A stretch of DNA of 64,000 nt from Camelus ferus (lineage: Eukaryota), in assembly GCF_009834535.1 (NCBI RefSeq), contig NC_045696.1:1054001-1118000 (forward strand), written 5' to 3'. The position numbers were made by a program, and so were the translations under genes. The notes below the pieces were generated by a model, which saw only the letters and a list, made by a program, of their open reading frames with translations, was not told the origin of the DNA and searched no databases. The first letter of the stretch is position 1; each line of letters starts with the position of its first letter. Shown here piece by piece: positions 49,501-63,043 of the stretch.

Positions 49501-51628
49501 AGCAGGTGGGAGGCAGGAAGGACAGCCTCGGGCCTGGTCAGACCAGTGGGAGACCGGTGTGTCCGAGAGCAGCAGGCCCCAGTGGATCCTTCAGGGCCCA
49601 GCCACCCCAGGGTAGCCGTGGGCAGAGGACGGCCTCTCGTGCCTCCGGTACAAGCAGGTCCCCAACTCTGGGGCCCAGAAGATCTCGCAGGCCCTCCCAG
49701 CCCCTGTGATGGGCACTGCCTATTCCCGGAGCCGGCAGCAGCGGGAGCTCCATGTAAAGAGGCACCAGACACAAGGGGCCAAGCTTAAACAGTGTGAGCC
49801 CCGGTCAGCTCCGAGCAAAGACGCCGCCTACCACGTCGGCTCCCCACCCCGAACTCCTCGGGAAGAGCCGGAGGAAGGACGGTTTCTAACCAAATGCAAA
49901 CATGCTCAGCTGAAGAGGAGAACCTGCCTCCTCACTGTGAGCGACTTTCAAGTCTGCTAACTACAGATGGTCTCACCTTCAGGAGGGGGCGTCCACTGGA
50001 CACCAACCAGAGTCGTGCCCAAGTCCCCGCCAGCCTCGCATTCAGGAGGGGGCACAAGCGAGGCACCCCTATCGCCACCCCCACCTCTCGGGTTACAGCA
50101 GGGGCCACCGGACGGGGCCAGGGGAGGGGAGCGTCACCTGACTGAGGCCCCAAAGGACGATCAGACAGAGGAGGGCGGGGCCGACCCATGCGGACCTCTG
50201 CCCCCTGGGAATGAAGTCAGGACTCTTTGCTACTCGGCACAGCCTTGCTGCTCTCACGCACACTCAACCTCAGCCTCCCACCCTCACCTCCTTCTCCCCC
50301 CGACCCCATCCAGCCACTGCTGGCCCTGCAACCCCGGGCCCGAGGCCATCACTCCTGGTTCAGAGGCACAGACCCCAAACCGACCAGGCCCAACCCCGGG
50401 TGGGCCTCTTGTCAAGGGCCGCTAAGTACGCGGCACGGGATTGGACATTCAGGTTAGGACGAAGCGTAAGGGCTGCTGCCAGGGACAAAGTCTGGTTTTG
50501 CCCAGAGCCTGTCTGTGCATCTGTCCCCAGGGAGCCTACAGGGCGCTGCGGGGACCCACACAGGCACCAGCTAGGCTGATGCCGGGTAGGACCCAGTGTA
50601 GACAACACTGGGGGCCCGTCTGGAGCCGCAGGAGGGGCCAGCCTTCCAGGGTGGGGCCACACTGGGGACAAAGGCCGCTCGGTGGTTCCTGGTAAAAGGC
50701 ACGAACGTGCAGGCTGGACCACGGAACCCTCGCCACGCACACCTGCCCACTGAGGCCCCGGGCCCGGGGGTGCTGGGTCCCCCTCTGCTGGAGGCCAGCA
50801 CACTGAGGCCTGAGGGCTGCGGGCCTCCACGCACCTGCCCTGCCCACCCCCACCACTGGCCCCAGAAGGTTCCGGAGAGCAGGAGGACCGGGGACCGGCG
50901 CTCCAGGGCCTCGGGAGTGCCACCCACGCCTGCCGTAATCCTGTTGCCAGGATATGGGCGAGGAAGAAAGGCAACGGTGCTGGATTAGTGTCTAGACAGT
51001 GTGACCTTTCCCCTCCTTCTCCAGATACAACTGGACGCGGATCGCAGCATCATGCGCTGATAGCGCCAAGAAAGGAGGAAGGTGTTCAAGGTGCCCGTGG
51101 GGACATTCTCGAGCAAGAGGACCATCCATACCTGTTCCGAGGCCTGTGAGCGCCAGCCCGGGGCAGAGCCGGCCGCAGGTGCACACAAAGGGGCTTTCAT
51201 GTGAGGGGGCCTCGCGGCCTCAGTTAGTGATGAGAGAACTCGGACGTCGAGGCTGCCAGCCCCTGGCTCCCCACAGGGGCCTTCCGCTAACTGTGTGCTG
51301 CCCACAGTCCCTGGCGGGCCGGGGACAGACAGCTGCCCCCCACGCCCGCTCAGCACACGTCCCACCCTGGCGTCCTCCCTCGCCTCCCCCCGGGGTCGGG
51401 GGGCACCTGAGCAAGTGAGGCCCTGTCACCAGCACACGGCATGACCTGGGGCGTATGCTCTTTATGTCCAATTTCATTCTCCTCCAGAAGATGGGTTTTA
51501 GTTCTTCTTTGCACCCATACAAGCACCTGAACAATTCCTGTTTTGAGTCAGCCCCACCTGGGCCCAGCCCCCAGGCCGCAGGACGGGTTAAATGTGTGTG
51601 AAAACAAGAGACGGTGAACAGAGACGGC

Positions 51629-51647
51629 GGGGGGGGGGGGGGGGGGG
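51629..51647. repeat. Poly(G) tract (G19)
   Basis: Direct read. Confidence 0.9.
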
Positions 51648-52562
51648 CCTTCTCTTCCCGTGTCCCGGACTGTTCAGGGTTTCAAATACTAACTGTGCCT
51701 TCCTGCTTGCCTTGCTTAATCTTACAAAATAAAGTTGTTTTTAAAAACATGAAATTTGCACTATACAGCCGGAGGGGCCCAGATCCCTTCCCTAAAGACA
51801 GTGCCCAGCGATGGCTCGGGGGGTCCCACCGGCCCGTCCTTCAGTACCAGCCTTTCTGACATTTATCTGGAGACATAAATCTTGAGAGAAACTCTCGTCC
51901 TTGGTGCAAAATACAGTCGGTGCCACCTGCAGCCATGCCCATACCCAGGGCACAGACGGGGCCAGGTGGCCGCCCCAGACAAAGTCAGAGCCCACCATGG
52001 GTGTCCCCGCACCCCCAGCCAGCCGCCAGTCCCAGGAACGGCCCGGCCCACACAGCGGCACCTCAGTGAGTCGGTGGGTGTGACGCAGGCTGGCGGCGGA
52101 GGTGGTGTGGCTTCAGCTAGGCTGCCGTGACCACAACTTACAAGGACCTAACTAACCGAGAGCAGATTAAACCTCGGCCTGGGCGCTGTCTTCCCTGACA
52201 CGAGCTCCCAGGTCCTGGGAGAGCTAGAAAGTTCACTGGGGGCGGAGTTGGCACATGTGAAGACTGAGGACATGGGTGGACGGCAGGAGGCAGCAGGCCG
52301 GGGGACGGCACACGGCTCAGACTCCCTGGCACAGGGAGGGTGGCCGGGCCAGGACCCGGCGCTCTGGGCGGGGTCAGCACAAGGACACCCGGTAAGGAGG
52401 TCGTGGGGACCCCAGGCCCCAGCACGTGGACAGGTGGGGCCAGGACCACCCAGGGGGCTAGTTAACAGCCACAGGGAAGGAGACCTGGAGGCCCGAAGGC
52501 TTGGGCAGTCACAGCGAGCGACCGTCACAGCTGGCGCAACAATGTCCGACCAGGATGCCGCC

Positions 52563-52632
52563 GCACAAGGAGCGTCTCCTGCAGACCCCTGCCCTCAGCA
52601 CAAGGAGCATCTCCTGCAGACCCCTGCCCTCA
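52563..52632. repeat. 35-bp tandem duplication (1 mismatch)
   Basis: gcacaaggagc(g/a)tctcctgcagacccctgccctca x2. Confidence 0.9.
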
Positions 52633-52828
52633 GCCCAGGCCCAGGGTGAGGAAATCCGCTCTCCCGACATCAGGGCTGCCCCTCACGAGGCGGCCTCGTA
52701 AACTCACGTCCTGGGTGAGCGCGGCCGGGAAACAGGAGCAGCTCCGGCCCGAACGGCCCTTCCGAAGGGGCACATCAAGGCACGGGGACTGTTTCTGCTG
52801 GAAGACGAGGGCAAAGGTCAAATCACAT

Positions 52829-52860
52829 GCAGCGGGTGACACACGCAGCGGGTGACACAC
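52829..52860. repeat. 16-bp perfect tandem duplication
   Basis: gcagcgggtgacacac x2. Confidence 0.85.
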
Positions 52861-53850
52861 GCGGAAGCACATGTGGGTTCTAGAACGTTCTGCCAGCCAA
52901 CTCAGTCCCGAGGAACGGCACGTGTCCACCGAGGAAACGGGCGGAGGGGGTGCAGAGGGTGAGGAAAGGGGCGAGAGAATACCGGGGGCCTGGCCGGGGG
53001 CCAAAGTCCAATCAAGTGGGCGGGTGGGGGGCTCCAGCTGTAGAAGTCAGCCACTCACTGTCTGCTAGCCAGTTAGGACTCAAAACCCAAGTCAACCAGC
53101 ATGGACTTGCTGAGCGGGAGCTGGGGCTGAACAGACCATGGGGACCAGGCCGTGAAGGACGACGGGGTCCCCCAGAACCATCAGGCCCTGCCCAAGGCCC
53201 TGGATCCCAGCAGAGCAGTGTGCCTTGCCCCCCCCGCCCCCCCCACCCCTGAGGAGGAGCCGCTCAGACTCCCCCAGAGTCCCCTGAGGCGCCCGCCACG
53301 AAGTGACCTTTGGGCTGGGCCAGCCCTGATGCTCCTGAGATGGCCCACAGGCCTATATAGGGCCCGGGGGGGCCTGTCCACTTCCGCGGGTCAGGGGACA
53401 GGGTCCTGGGCAGAAGACCCCCCTCGCTCCCGCCAGCAGCCCCCACCCCCAGACGCCAGGCCTGCGGGAGCCAGGCTGAGCTCTCAGCCACATGCTCTGC
53501 CTGGATGTCCCTCTGCTCATGTCAAACGCAAGACATCTCAGAGAGGCCCCTGTGCCAGAGGCAGCTGACAGCATCCGACACATGGAGGCAAACGAAGATG
53601 CAGGTTACCCGTCAGGACCCCGTATCACAGACTGTCCAGTTTGGCCGTTTTCGTAAGTTAGCCCAGTCTGGCCACCAGCTCCCACTGGGCATCAGAGGTC
53701 TCGGCACCAGATAACTAAAGGCCCACCACAGCACCCCAGGTGGCTGAAGGCTGATGAGCACTGGTCCACTTGACAAGCACTGAGTCCTGTCCACCTGCTC
53801 AGCACCTGGTCAGCTTTACTTTACAGAACTCTTTCTGGGGCTCACTGGGG

Positions 53851-53960
53851 CACTGGGCTGCACCGGGCCGCACTGGGCCACACCGGGCTGCACCAGGCTG
53901 CACGGGGCCTCACCGGGCCAAGCTGGGCTGCACCGGGCCACACTGGGCTGCACCGGGCCG
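53851..53960. repeat. 10-bp tandem repeat cacygggcyr x11
   Basis: cactgggctg caccgggccg cactgggcca caccgggctg ... in exact 10-nt register. Confidence 0.9.
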
Positions 53961-54614
53961 CGCTGGTACTTTCTAAGAATGTGCTTTTGTGCCACTCGCC
54001 TCATTCTCCAAAAATAGAACAAAGCGAGTCTCTGTCTGACCTTGTAGACAATGACACCTGCCCCCGCCCTGTGAGGGCCTGGCCGGCCTTGAGTCCCAGG
54101 AAAGCCCCCAACACACGGCCGCCTCACCCGCAGGCCCGTCCAGGCACTCTCCGGCCACCCACTGGCATGGCCTGACCCCCGCTCACTTGCTCTCTGCCTT
54201 CCTCCCCTGTCCAAGCTTCCTGTCCCTTCACTGGGGCCCGAGACAGCCCCTCGGCAGCCGGCCGGAGCCCGGCCCCAGCATGTCCAAGCCCCTGGCTGCC
54301 ACCCGGGGGCATGCGGAGGTCATGCTGGGTGCCTGAAAACAGGGGTCCTATGACCGCTGAAAGGTTCCTAGGACAGGGTCGTCTAACTTCTGCATGGAGA
54401 GCCCACAGCCCAGGGATGCTGGGTGCACAGGACAGAGAGTTGACCCTTGGGCCTCAGGGGTCAGGAAGGATACTCCAGGGGTCCTGCATGGGGGTGGCGG
54501 TCCCAACGCCTTAGAGCATATCAGAGGTTTCACACTGCGGTGAAGCAGCACTTCGCAAGTGAGAGCGTTTGCCGTTCCCATAACCCCACCCCTTTCAGAG
54601 ACCTGACCACACAT

Positions 54615-55050
54615 TGCACAGTGCCCTGGGGCTGCCGGAGTGAATGGCCACAAGGTCAGGGGCCTGAAACAACACAGTGGAGGGTAGGGGTCAAAATCTA
54701 ACCCCAGGTGTCAGCATGGCCATGTTCCTTTCCGGAGCCTCCAGGGGAGGGCCCATATCCTTGGTTCCAGGCCTGGAAGTCGCCTGTGTTCCTCGGCTCG
54801 TAGCCCCTCCGAAATCTGATCTCTCCCTGCAACCTCCCTCCTTGTTCTGCCCTGAACTTCCAGCCACCCCTGTCCTTTACTAGGACCCTGGGCTACAGGC
54901 GAGGCCCACCTGGATAATCCAGCATCCTCTCCCCAGCTCAGGAGACTTAATCCTATCTGCAAAGTCCTTTCCACCACGTAAGGCAGCGTTCGTGGGCTCT
55001 GCGGATTAGGACGCGGATGGCTCTGGTGACTGACGCTCAGCCGACCATAT
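54615..55050 (-). mobile_element. MaLR solo LTR (MLT1-like), reverse orientation
   Basis: ggcccacctggataatccagcatcctctcccc, cttaatcctatctgcaaagtcctt, ggattaggacgcggat. Confidence 0.8.
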
Positions 55051-56702
55051 GTCACGGGAAGTAAAGTTTAGATGGGGGATTTTTATCTAGGTTCTTAAAG
55101 GTGGGCAGTTAGGTGTCAGGAAGGCCAGCTCACCATCTGCCTTCTCTCTCACTGGCAGGCAGGGCTGCTTTCCGTCCGGGAAGCCGATTCCGGGAGGCCC
55201 TCGGGCTTCTGCAGCAGAGGGGCCGTCCACATGGGGCCAGGCAGAGGTCGGAGTCTGCAGGGAGGGCAACCCCTATCTGTTTAAAATGTCCGGTTTCCCA
55301 CAATGACAGTAAAGACTGTGGCGGCATGGGTGCTTTAACTTCCTTGTTTGCAAACCTCCGTGACATTTAATTATTTCCACAAAACAAGGTTCCGAGGGTA
55401 ACCAGTGCATCACCAGTTCTGAGTCCGCTCCGGCCAGACCCGAGCCCCTGGGGCTGGATGCTCATTTTAGCCAGAGAACAGGAAGGTCCTAGCTGTCCCA
55501 AGGACACTGGTGACCTGGACCAAGATGGGCTCCCCCGAGAGCCACGAGGGGACAAGGCTGAGATGCGAGGACCCAAGACAATCAGAGGTCACCGCCGAAG
55601 TCGGTGCACCACGACCCCACAGCGCAACGTGGGCCAGCCCCAGGACGCGGAGAAGGGAGCAAAGTGACGGCCAGAGGTCAAAGCAGGGCCAGAGGGCAGG
55701 CCCTGGAGGGGCACCTGGGCTCAGAAAGGGCCGCCTCCTCCCCGGGGGCCAAGAGGCTGAGGAGCGGCAACTGCCGCTCAGTGCCAGGTGCAGACCTGCC
55801 CCACGGGGCGGGAGGCTGTTTCGTTAAGACAATTTTTCACAGCACAAGAAGCCTCTCCAGGCCCCACAAAGGGCTGCTCCACAGGGCCCCTGCCGACCTG
55901 CACCTGGGTGGTCCAGCCCTCTCTTATGGGACCTGCCTTTCAAAACCCTCCGGCCGCGTGTGGGGGGAAGAGGGTCTGAGTCCGGCCCTGGAGAGCGGTA
56001 CCCGGCGGCCCTAGGATGGAGGCAGTGGTCAGAACGGCTGGAGGCCAGGTGGGGAGACCCCGAAGCGTGGACGGGTTGAACGGTGGCTCCCCTTCCTTCT
56101 GGTTGGAAGGCCGGGTGACTCAGGGCAGAAACGAAGGCGTTCAGTCTGCTGTCCTCTGGGCAGGCGCCCCCGGACGGCACCACATGCTGGGCCCAGACTC
56201 ACAGCGCAGACGGGGCGTCGATCCAGGAGCCGGCCTGGCCTGCAGAAAACAAGAGGCCAGACGTCCTCGGCCTCCTCACAGCCCCGTGGAGTCTCAGTGG
56301 GAGACTCTTTCAAAATACAGCAGCCTGGTAACAAGATCCAACAGGCAGAGGCAGGTCTGCGCCACCACCCCCACGCCCCGATCCCCCCGTGGGACGCGTG
56401 GGTGGGCGTGACCACGCCGGCACTGGGGCCGGGAACACTTGGAGGACCTGAGGGCCGCGGGAGTGAGTGGGCTGCTTTGTCTAATGCAAATGATCATTTC
56501 AGCAGGCACAGCCCGTGGCCAAGTAAGACTCTCACAAAACCCTGTTCCGGTCACGCGGACCCGTTTCCCACTCCCGGCATACACCAGGTCCTCCTCCCAG
56601 GCCCGGGCCTGACGGCTGCGTTGGGCCGTCCCCGACAGGGTGCTCCCCAGAGCCCAGTGAGGGGCTGTCAGGACACATCCCAGGAAGCTCCCTGAAGGAA
56701 TG

Positions 56703-56815
56703 TCCCATTCAGTCCCACAGACCAGAGACAGAGGCACAGAGGGTGAGTAACCTGCCCAAGGTCACACAGCGCTCAGAAGCAGAGCTGGAATTAAAGCCAG
56801 GAGCCTGGGCTGCAA
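56703..56815 (-). mobile_element. MIR SINE core fragment
   Basis: gaggcacagagggtgagtaacctgcccaaggtcacacagc...gcagagctggaattaaagccagg. Confidence 0.8.
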
Positions 56816-59800
56816 ACCCTCCCCGCAGATGGTGTCCCATCCATAACCACAGAGTGGCGGCCAGACTGCCTGCCAGCCGTCATACTCCACGATTTAGCGA
56901 CCACACACTTGTCTTCTACAAGGACCAGCTCCAACTCCACGCCCACTGAGATAGACTGAGGATGGTGACAGCTGCAGGTAGCACGTGGCACCCAGCCCCG
57001 CACAGCTCTCCTCGCACAGCCCTCACACCCTCCTCCCCCGCGGTCCCTGAGCCATGATGGTCACGCATGTCCCACCTCAAAAGGAAAAGGCCATAAAATT
57101 AAGGCGAAAACAACTCCGCGCTCTAAGACATTCCACGCCCGCAGTTAAAGCCTAACCACAAACCAGGAAACTATGCCAAACATGCCCCCCGAGCTGTGAC
57201 ACCGTGAGCAGACGCGCCGACGGGGACGCTGCGCAGGACAGAGCAGGAAGGCAGAGCAAGGAGAGACACAGAGGCCAAGCAGCGCTCGAGGGCCCTCACT
57301 CAGAAGGGAACGAACTCCAGAGTGGAAGTCCTCTGCTGAACAAGTGAGCCGGCTCTAGAAGGTGACAGTGCGAGGGTCCTGGAACATCGCCCCCCTCCCG
57401 CCAGGGCCCGTCCCCCAGCAGCACAGGCCGGCGGCCAAACCCTCCTGCCTTGTGCTGTCAAAGCACCCCCGGAATCACGCGGTTCCTTCCAAGGTGAATT
57501 CCCGCTTGCCTGAATGGAGACGTGGAGGAAGGGTCTCCCTTGGTGCTGGAGGCCACGGGCCTCCGTCGCAGCCCCTGCAGAGACGCACCCAGCTCCGGGC
57601 GGCGGGCTCAGCGCTCTCCCGGGGACAAGTCGCTCGCTCTGCAGTGCGCAGCAGGACGGCTAGACCGCCGAGAAGCACCCTCCAGGCGCTGCTCTCACAC
57701 GGGGGGCTCAAGTCGCCCCCACGCAGAACGGTACCTCTCACGTTCACTGAGAACACGTGTCAGAGCCTGGAACTGTCTCCAAGATTTCTGAGCTTCGATT
57801 CAGATCAAGGAGGCCTAGCCTGCCTAATTTTGAATCTACTCAAAGGAACATGCAAAAAGTAAAAGTAAGTACTTCCGACCAAAATCAAATGAATGACCGA
57901 ACCAAAAAAAAAATAAGTTAATAACACGTGGTATCTGTAAACGTTCAGCCTGAACTCCAGGGAAACCACCAAAACCAGTCGGTCAATAGCCGTGGTCTCC
58001 GCGGTCTGAACCCGGCCCCGCCCCTGTGGCCGTCACGGAGCTCTCACACACAGCTCCCGACCCGTCGTCTCGCAGCCTCGACCCCCAGCCTTCAGCTCCA
58101 GTCTCATGTCCTTTTCGAGGAAACACTCAATGAAGGTCAGCCCTCACACCCAGCCAGTGCCTGGGCCAGCTGGACCCAGCACACAGCCTCCTGCTCTTCC
58201 AGAAACCAGGGGTGGCCGAGAGCCCCGCCCGTCACCCCAGCTCAGGGCCAGGTGCCCCTGCCCTGTCCTGCCCGGCCTCGTCACAGTGGATCAGCCCGGG
58301 AGTGACCCCGTCTGCCAGGACGGAATTCCAGAAAGATGTATTGGCCTGGAACAAGTTCTCCTCTCTGGGGCTCTCGCTACAGACAGCCAGGAAGGCCGTG
58401 CTGGGGCTTGTCTCCTCTGCGGGGGTGCCGGGGTGGCAGGATGGCTCCTGCAGGCAGGCGGGCGGAGCGCAGACACTGCCCCGGGCCTCCAAACTTCATC
58501 TGACTCAGCGCGCCCGTGACCTGAGGTTCCTTCTGGCAGCCCCTCTGCGTGGCCCAGACCTGCTGATCTAAAGCATCGCCCCAAGGGCCAGCCAGCATCA
58601 CATCTCCACACCCGCCCACACGGGCAGTGCTGGGGAGCGGGGCACAGGAAGCTCGCTGCCGGCAGGGCGCCCGGTCTCCGCGAGCCAGGCAGTGGGTGGT
58701 GCGGGGTCACGGGCGTGTGCGGAGACGTGTGGCACCACACACAAGGCACGTCTCACCTGGGGGCGTGAGGAGCTTTACAACATGACCCCCAGGAGGAGGA
58801 GGGGAGCTGTTCCTGTCCCAGGTTAGAGGGGGAACCGCGGCAGCGAGGCGAGGGGCCCGGCCTGTGCCCACCACCCTGAACGCGGGTTCCCCCGAGACTG
58901 GCAGGAGATCACAGAGGGGCTCAGAGGCCCAGTCATTCTTGGAAGGAGCTGGGATCTGGGCACAGGGCCAGTCCTAGACCCTAAACCATCAGGGTCGGGG
59001 CGTGCGGTAAAGCGGAGTGTGTGACCGGACAGGCGGGTGGAGCGCCGCCCCCCAGCGGTTCTCACCGTCTTCCTGGGTCACTGCTGTCCACATGCACCAC
59101 GTTCAATCACCTTATGAGCGTGCCAACCTACACTTCCATTTTCCCAACACCTTGCCCCCCGCCTCCCCAGCAGCGTCAAGTTTCCACGTGTCACATCCTG
59201 CAGAGTCCACCTTACACCCAGACCTCAGACATTTGGTGCTTGGCCAGCTGTGTTCTGGGGAGAGGCGTTCCCTCTCAGATGACAGCTGACCCAGAGCCTC
59301 CAAGGAGCACGACACCTGCAGTCCGTCCCCGCGGGCACCAGGGTGGCCACGCCTCGACCAGGGCTGCAGAGGGGCGCCCGCTCTGCGCTGATGGCCGGCC
59401 TTGGCCGACGGAGCCGGGCCTGGGGCTGCTCATCACACAGCCGCAGCCAGACCAGCTGCCCCTGGCCTGCCTCATCTGACTCCTGAGTGCTGGCGGGAAG
59501 TCAGCCTCCGGGCCTGGAGGAGGCCACCGCCTGAGCTGACGGACCCTTCCCAGCAGTGCTCAGGCCACCAAGGCAGGGGAGGTTCTCGGACATCGTATCA
59601 GAAGACTGGGTTTTGCCCCATCCCACCATGAGCTGGTAGGTAGGTTCTCTGGAGCCCGGGAGCATTTCAGCAACTCAGATGAAGAAACAGCCTCTGGTGG
59701 AGAGAGCACGAGCGCGTGCACGTGTGCGCACATGAGAGTGTGCGCGTGTACTGTGCGCGTGTGCGCACGGGTACTATTCAGGTGAAGCGGGGCAGGTGGG

Positions 59801-60901
59801 GCAGGCTCCCGGCTCCCCTCACTCTGGGTGGAAACAGTTTCTCTCCTTCTAGGTTTCCTTGCAAGGGCTTCTCCCTCCTCCTTCTCTTAAAGGAAAACAG
59901 GAGTGCCTTGAAAAACAAGTTTTGCTGAAATTTAAAACTATCTTCAAGGTTCTGCGCCTGAACCCTGAAGACTCTCAGCAACAGCTTCCCCTAGAAACAG
60001 GCCTGCCTTGAACAAGAGCTCCTGCCTTTGGCTTAGGTCCGTTACCCAGTGCCTGAGACCCCGGGACGACAGACCCCCTCCGACACGGGGGCCCACGGGG
60101 TCCTCTAGCCCAAACCCTGCAGGCCCACCGAGGGAGTGGGGCGGTGAGGACACCAGCAGTCGGCCGAGACCGGACCCCACCGATGGACGGTGGGAAGGCC
60201 TCGGTGTGAGGAAGGGCAGGACAAGTGCCAGAGGGGGTGCAGATGGAGCCTAAGACTGAGGTCACGTGTAGGAGGGGCCAGAGACAAGGCGACGGGACAC
60301 AAGGCGCCTGGCATGGCCACACGCTTCCTGTGAGTGCCTGCAGGGCAGGGCTCTTCTACCTCAGCCCTGAAGTACTGCCCATGGGCAGATGGCCCCTTGA
60401 GCACCTGGGAGTCCTGCCCTTCCACCGGGAAAGGGGACTGCAGGCAGCTCTGAGCCTCCAGGTTCACAGACCACTCGGCCCCGGTCCCCCCAGGTCTGGT
60501 CCCACCAGGTTTCTGGTTATGCCAGCGGAGGCCAGACCCCTAGGGGAGCCCCCAGCCCCAAATGCACACAATGACATTCAAGGGTGTCAGAATGACAGTG
60601 GCCAAGCCTTAAAACAGGAAAGACTTTTTTCTCTGGGGGGTGGGTCAAGTGCAGCACAGAGACAGACGTGGAAAAACCCATCGTTTGGAGTCAGAAAAAA
60701 AGCGCCAATCAGCAAACTGGGCGTCACGCCTTTGATTCCCAGGGGTGATCTTCAAGGGTCTCTGGAGCACACTGGGCCCCTGCTAAGTCTGGATTTCACA
60801 TACACGAGCTCTTCTCCAGTAACACCCAGAGGGGGCAGCGGTTATCCCATCCCAAGGGGACTGGCTCCCAGCAGGGGGTCCCAGCTGGGTTCTCCCGGCG
60901 C

Positions 60902-60922
60902 GGGGGGGGGGGGGGGGGGGGG
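60902..60922. repeat. Poly(G) tract (G21)
   Basis: Direct read. Confidence 0.9.
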
Positions 60923-62838
60923 CAGCCCCGCTGAGCCCGCTTCCTGCTTTAACCTCCAGGGAACAGACAGAGTCACATTCCATTAGGCACCTTGCAAGGG
61001 GCCTGCCTTCCTTCCCAGAGGACCTGACACTGCAGCAAATCCCTCACTTCAGCCACGTGGGGAGAAGCCCGACTTCTACAACAGCCGCACCCTGCCCAGC
61101 ACTCCGGGGGGTCTGCGCCGGCCTGAGCACCCCGCTAGATTTCACCTCCCAGAGCTCGCGGACGGGCAGCCTGCTGCTGCTTCTCTGAGGCTGAGTAAAT
61201 CATCACCCCGGACTCCCGCTCTGCGGCCTCAAAGCTTCAGAAGCTGGGCTGTGGACGCTCCCTGTCTTTCCTCTTCCCCGTGATATATAATTACAAAAGA
61301 GGCCTCGGGATACAAATTCCTGCCCTTGAGCCCCCATCTGGGCACGTGGGTATCTTGTTCTCCTAGGACTTTGAGGGGATGGTCCCTGAAGGCATAATTA
61401 ACAGCCCGAAGTGGCCGTCGGAGGCCATAAGACCCCCCAGGGACCCCAGGGACCACCCTGTAAGCACAAACACTCGGCAAATGCTCCCTGGAGCTAACAC
61501 AAATAAACGAGGGTCGCCTGCCCCCTACACAGGCGCTTCGGCGGAGGTACTTAAGAGAAACTTTAAAAAACGTGCTGCTGCTTAATCTAGCAACTAAGCC
61601 GACTGGAAAAAATGAAACAAACTATTACTGCTGTCTCCCCAGAAAGACTTCCCTCCAGCCCTGCCCTCCTTCCTTGCCAGCTGTGGCCAACAGGTGTGTG
61701 GCTGCTGTGTGACCACATCAACATTCAACCTGGCCACAAGGCGCGGGCTGCCTGGGACCAATGTCACCGCCCGGCCGCTACCTCCACCTGCGCTAGAACG
61801 GAGGACTCCTTGGGGACCGGAGCTCCTCTCGGATCTGGCACCCCCGCCAGCTCCTCCCGGACCTTTGTTGGGCCTGTTGGGAGGAGGACCTGGGCGGCCG
61901 CGTGGTTAGGGACGGGGTCCCAGAAGCTGGTGGCAAAGGAAGTTTCAGCGCGGCCGGGACGGCCTTCCTGCCGCAGGCTGCAGTCCACGCGGGAAAGGCA
62001 GCGAGCCGACGCCGGGCAAACAACGGACTTCTGCGCATTGTTCTTTCTCTCCGCCACTGCGCTCGGCCGCATCAAAGGGGACCGCGCGCAATCCGACACC
62101 GCGGCGAGCGCGGGGACAGAGGCCTGGCGGCCGGGGCGGTGCACAAAGGCTGCCCCGGGGAAACCTGGGCAGTTTTGCCTCAACAGGTTGTAAACTACAC
62201 GGCTGCGCTCCGCACTGCCCTGTCCTTCCCGGAGACCTGCCAGACTCCGCGCGCGGGCACGCCGGGGCCCAGAGGTGTGACCCACTGCGGCCGCTCAGGC
62301 CCTGGGAGGGACGAGGCCGGTGACGGATTCACAGGCCCGGCGGGCCGGCGTTGGATGTCCGGGCGTCTCCGAGCCACTGCGCGGGTAGTAGACGCCACCA
62401 CGACCCTAGCCTGGAGACCTCGCCGGTCCTCGGCCAGCAGCGCTGTCTGCCGAGAGCACCAGCTTCCCCGCGAAGTCGCCATAGTTTGGTCACGACACGA
62501 GGGACTCTGGACGCGGACGGGTCGGCACCATCTCCAGCCCAGCCCGCTCCCCGGGTCCCGCGGCGCGCCCAGCTGGCGCGAATCGCCGCGGCCGAGGAAT
62601 GAATGGCCGGCGCGGGACACTCGGGACACACAGCCTCTGCCCGACCCCGTCGCCCTTCAGACCGCCGCCCGCGGGCCACCTGCGCGCGTGGGCAGAGCCG
62701 GGGCCGCCTCCCGGGAGCGAAGCTGAGACAGGCTGGGCTGAGGCCGCCGCCTCCCGAGACCGGCCAAAGACCTGCGCAAAGTGCGGCGGGAGGCGGGCGG
62801 GCCTGGTGCACACACTCTCGCGTCCCCGTCGGCTTTAC

Positions 62839-62933
62839 CTGGCTCGGCGGACGCTGCGCTGACTCCGAGAAGCAGGACCAGGAGGCCGAGCAAGTCCAGG
62901 AGGCGCTGCCGCCGCGGCTGCAGCCAGGGCCAC
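62839..62933 (-). CDS. COL18A1: Exon 2 (95 nt): short-isoform signal peptide (R)[31 protein letters not shown]
   Basis: Acceptor cccgcag|G; donor G|GTAAAG (phase 1); hydrophobic core followed by an ASA-type cleavage site. Confidence 0.95.
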
Positions 62934-63032
62934 CTGCGGGCACAAGCCACAGGTTAGGGAGCCGCGCGCGCCCCCGTCCCCGTCGGTGCGACCCCGTTGC
63001 CCCTGCCCGCCCGCAGCCCGCACGGCCCGCAC

Positions 63033-63043
63033 CTCGGCGCCAT
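63033..63043 (-). CDS. COL18A1: Exon 1 coding part (short isoform): ATG GCG CCG AG, M-A-P-R
   Basis: Strong Kozak context gagcATGG at 63043; donor GTGCGG at 63032; 99-nt intron 1. Confidence 0.93.

Noticed and set aside
53851..53960. Regular short repeats resembling a CRISPR or other array
   Set aside because: Head-to-tail 10-mers with no spacers, in mammalian intron DNA; an ordinary minisatellite.
24900..62800. Orthologs of the human intronic antisense lncRNAs COL18A1-AS1/AS2
   Set aside because: Known from human annotation, but I cannot identify exons or promoters for them from this sequence alone.
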